The notes beneath the pieces are model-generated. The model was not told the DNA's origin. It made no database searches and saw only the letters and a list, made by a program, of their open reading frames with translations. 64,000 nucleotides of DNA from Octopus sinensis (lineage: Eukaryota). The stretch covers positions 1 through 64,000 of the forward strand of contig NW_021830462.1 of assembly GCF_006345805.1 (NCBI RefSeq), in the 5' to 3' direction. Below are positions 62,009 to 64,000 of the stretch, in pieces. Within the stretch, counting starts at the first letter, position 1, and each line of letters begins with the position of its first letter. A program made the translations under genes and the position numbers.

Positions 62009-62043
62009 GTTTAACGTTTCGAGCGGAGCTCTTCGTCGGAAAC
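62009..62043 (-). ncRNA. Minimal hammerhead variant (CCGACGA + extra A)
   Basis: Minus strand GTTT CCGACGA AGAGC-TCC-GCTC GAAA CG T T AAAC. Confidence 0.55.
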
Positions 62044-62128
62044 ATAGGAGAAGGAAAGATCCAGAGACGGGAAGACAGAGGAAAAAAAATCGCCAACGGT
62101 ACACACGCGGCCACATTTTGATATATAT

Positions 62129-62168
<40 letters not shown>

Positions 62169-62447
62169 TGTGTCTGTGTCTGTGTCTGTGTTTGTACCCC
62201 CAATATCGCTTGATTTATACCTTATTTTGCATTATGTATGTATTTTCATGCATATAGTTGCATATCTAGACTATGTATGTATGTACTTACGTATGTATGT
62301 ATATATTTACGTATGTATATATGTATGAGTGCATGCATGTGTACGTATATATCAGCATGTATGCATGGGTGTATATGTATGTAACATATGGTATAATTAT
62401 AAACAGGGCAAATCTTTAGCCATTTCGCCGCAGACAGAAAAAAAATG

Positions 62448-62497
62448 AACACCCTTAATCGATTTTCGAACCTTAGTGGGTTATCATCAGAGGCGCC
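62448..62497 (-). ncRNA. Type-I hammerhead motif (copy 1 of a direct repeat)
   Basis: Minus strand GCGCCT CTGATGA TAACC-CACTAA-GGTTC GAAA ATCGAT T A AGG; palindrome AATCGATT. Confidence 0.65.
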
Positions 62498-62697
62498 TAC
62501 ATCATTCTGACAGTCTCCAGAGGAACAAGCAGCCAAATTGTTTATATACTCAACAAATGCACCAGTTATGCACCAGTTACTCTATGAAGGAATCCCTAAT
62601 TTGTTTACCGAAAATATTCAACACTCTATAAATACCAGCGGCCTGTCAACTTGGATCTTAGTCCACACACTATCAAGGTTAGATTATAATATATATA

Positions 62698-62925
62698 CTC
62701 TTTTTACTCTTTACTCTTTTACTTGTTTCAGTCATTTGACTGCGGCCATGCTGGAGCACCACCTTTAGTCGAGCAACTCGACCCCGGGACTTATTCTTTT
62801 TGTAAGCCCAGTACTTATTCTATCGGTCTCTTTTTGCCGAACCGCTAAGTGACGGGGACGTAAACACACCAGCATCGGTTGTCAAGCAATGCTAGGGGAA
62901 CAAACACAGACACACAAACACCACA

Positions 62926-62997
<72 letters not shown>

Positions 62998-63137
62998 ACT
63001 ACGGCTTCTTTCGTTCAGTTTCCGTCTACCAAATCCACTCACAAGGCATTGGTCGGCCGGGCTATAGCAGAAGACACTTGCCCAAATGCCACGCAGTGGG
63101 ACTGAACCCGGAACCATGTGGCTGGTTAGCAAGCTAT
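62698..63137 (-). mobile_element. SINE family A
   Basis: Identity to family A. Confidence 0.88.
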
Positions 63138-63162
63138 TTATCCTTAGACTGAAGAAATGATG

Positions 63163-63212
63163 AACAACCTTATTCGATTTTCGAACCTTATTGAGTTCTC
63201 ATCAGAGGAGTC
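63163..63212 (-). ncRNA. Type-I hammerhead motif (copy 2 of a direct repeat)
   Basis: Minus strand CTCCT CTGATGA GAAC-TCAATAAG-GTTC GAAA ATCGAA T A AGG. Confidence 0.6.
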
Positions 63213-63589
63213 TATTGTATTCTGACAGTCTCCAGAGAAACAAGCAGACAAACTGTTTATATACTCAACAAATGCAGCAGTTACTCTACGAAATATGTAT
63301 GTATGCCTGCATGTATGGGTGAGTATGTATTTAAATATGTGGTATATGGGTTGTTGGTACCCTTTATCTTTGACTTGTTTCAGGCATTAGACTGTGGCCA
63401 CGCTGCGGCATCACTTTGAAGAATGAATCGACCCTAGTACCTTTTTTTAAGCCTGGTACTTATTCTGTCGATCTCTTTTTGCCGAATTGCTAAGACTGTT
63501 GACTGGTAGACGGACAGATAATAATGAATAGGTAATGGTTTGTGACGGGGGCAGCTTTGATGTGGTGAGATAAGTGACGATTGACGATG

Positions 63590-64000
63590 GTGGTGATGGT
63601 AACGCTGCTTGAGGTAGGGGTGTCAGAGATAATGCTGCTGTTAGTATGTGTGTGTGGGGGGAGGTTGAGGACAAATGTTGTGATGGTGATAGAGTTGTAT
63701 GCGGTGATGTTGGTGGTGGTAGTGGTGGTGGTAGTGGTGGTTGTGGTGGTGGTGGTGGTGGTTGTGGTGGTGGTGGTGGTGGTAGTGGTAGTGGTGGTGG
63801 TGGTGGTGGTGGTGGTCGTGGTGATGGCAATGATCATGATGTGAGGCGACAGCGGTGGTACTTCTGATGTCAGAGTGGCTGTGGTGGTAATGATGGTGGT
63901 GGAGGTTGTGTGATGATGGTTTATATGGTGATGTGATGGTGGTGGTAATGGTAAAGGTAAAAATGATGGTGAGGAGGTAGAGAGAGTATCTTGTGGTGGT
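63590..64000. repeat. GGT/GAT-rich low-complexity tract
   Basis: Direct reading. Confidence 0.85.

Overview
AT-rich, microsatellite-saturated eukaryotic non-coding DNA, most likely an octopus (coleoid cephalopod) intron or intergenic region. The organism call rests on tRNA-derived SINEs that resemble the octopus OK/OR-type families and was not checked against a database. No host gene can be supported: nearly all listed ORFs are translations of simple repeats or SINEs, and only a few weak exon candidates exist. The window contains about 45 SINE or LINE-tail copies of at least 4 families (several with clean target-site duplications), MITEs of the hAT, piggyBac, Tc1/mariner and Helitron types, a mariner relic with an internal inversion, a CR1 3' end, an R4/Dong-type RLE-LINE tail in a (TAA)n tract, and Penelope-like element (PLE) RT and GIY-YIG relics. 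The main signal that the ORF track does not explain is a dense set of type-I hammerhead ribozyme motifs, read by eye. About 13 have intact or near-intact cores and about 6 more are degenerate. Almost all have a palindromic stem III (dimer-type, as in PLEs), several have a much enlarged stem II, and most sit in 200-400 bp modules bounded by (TA)n tracts. No folding or cleavage was computed or tested.
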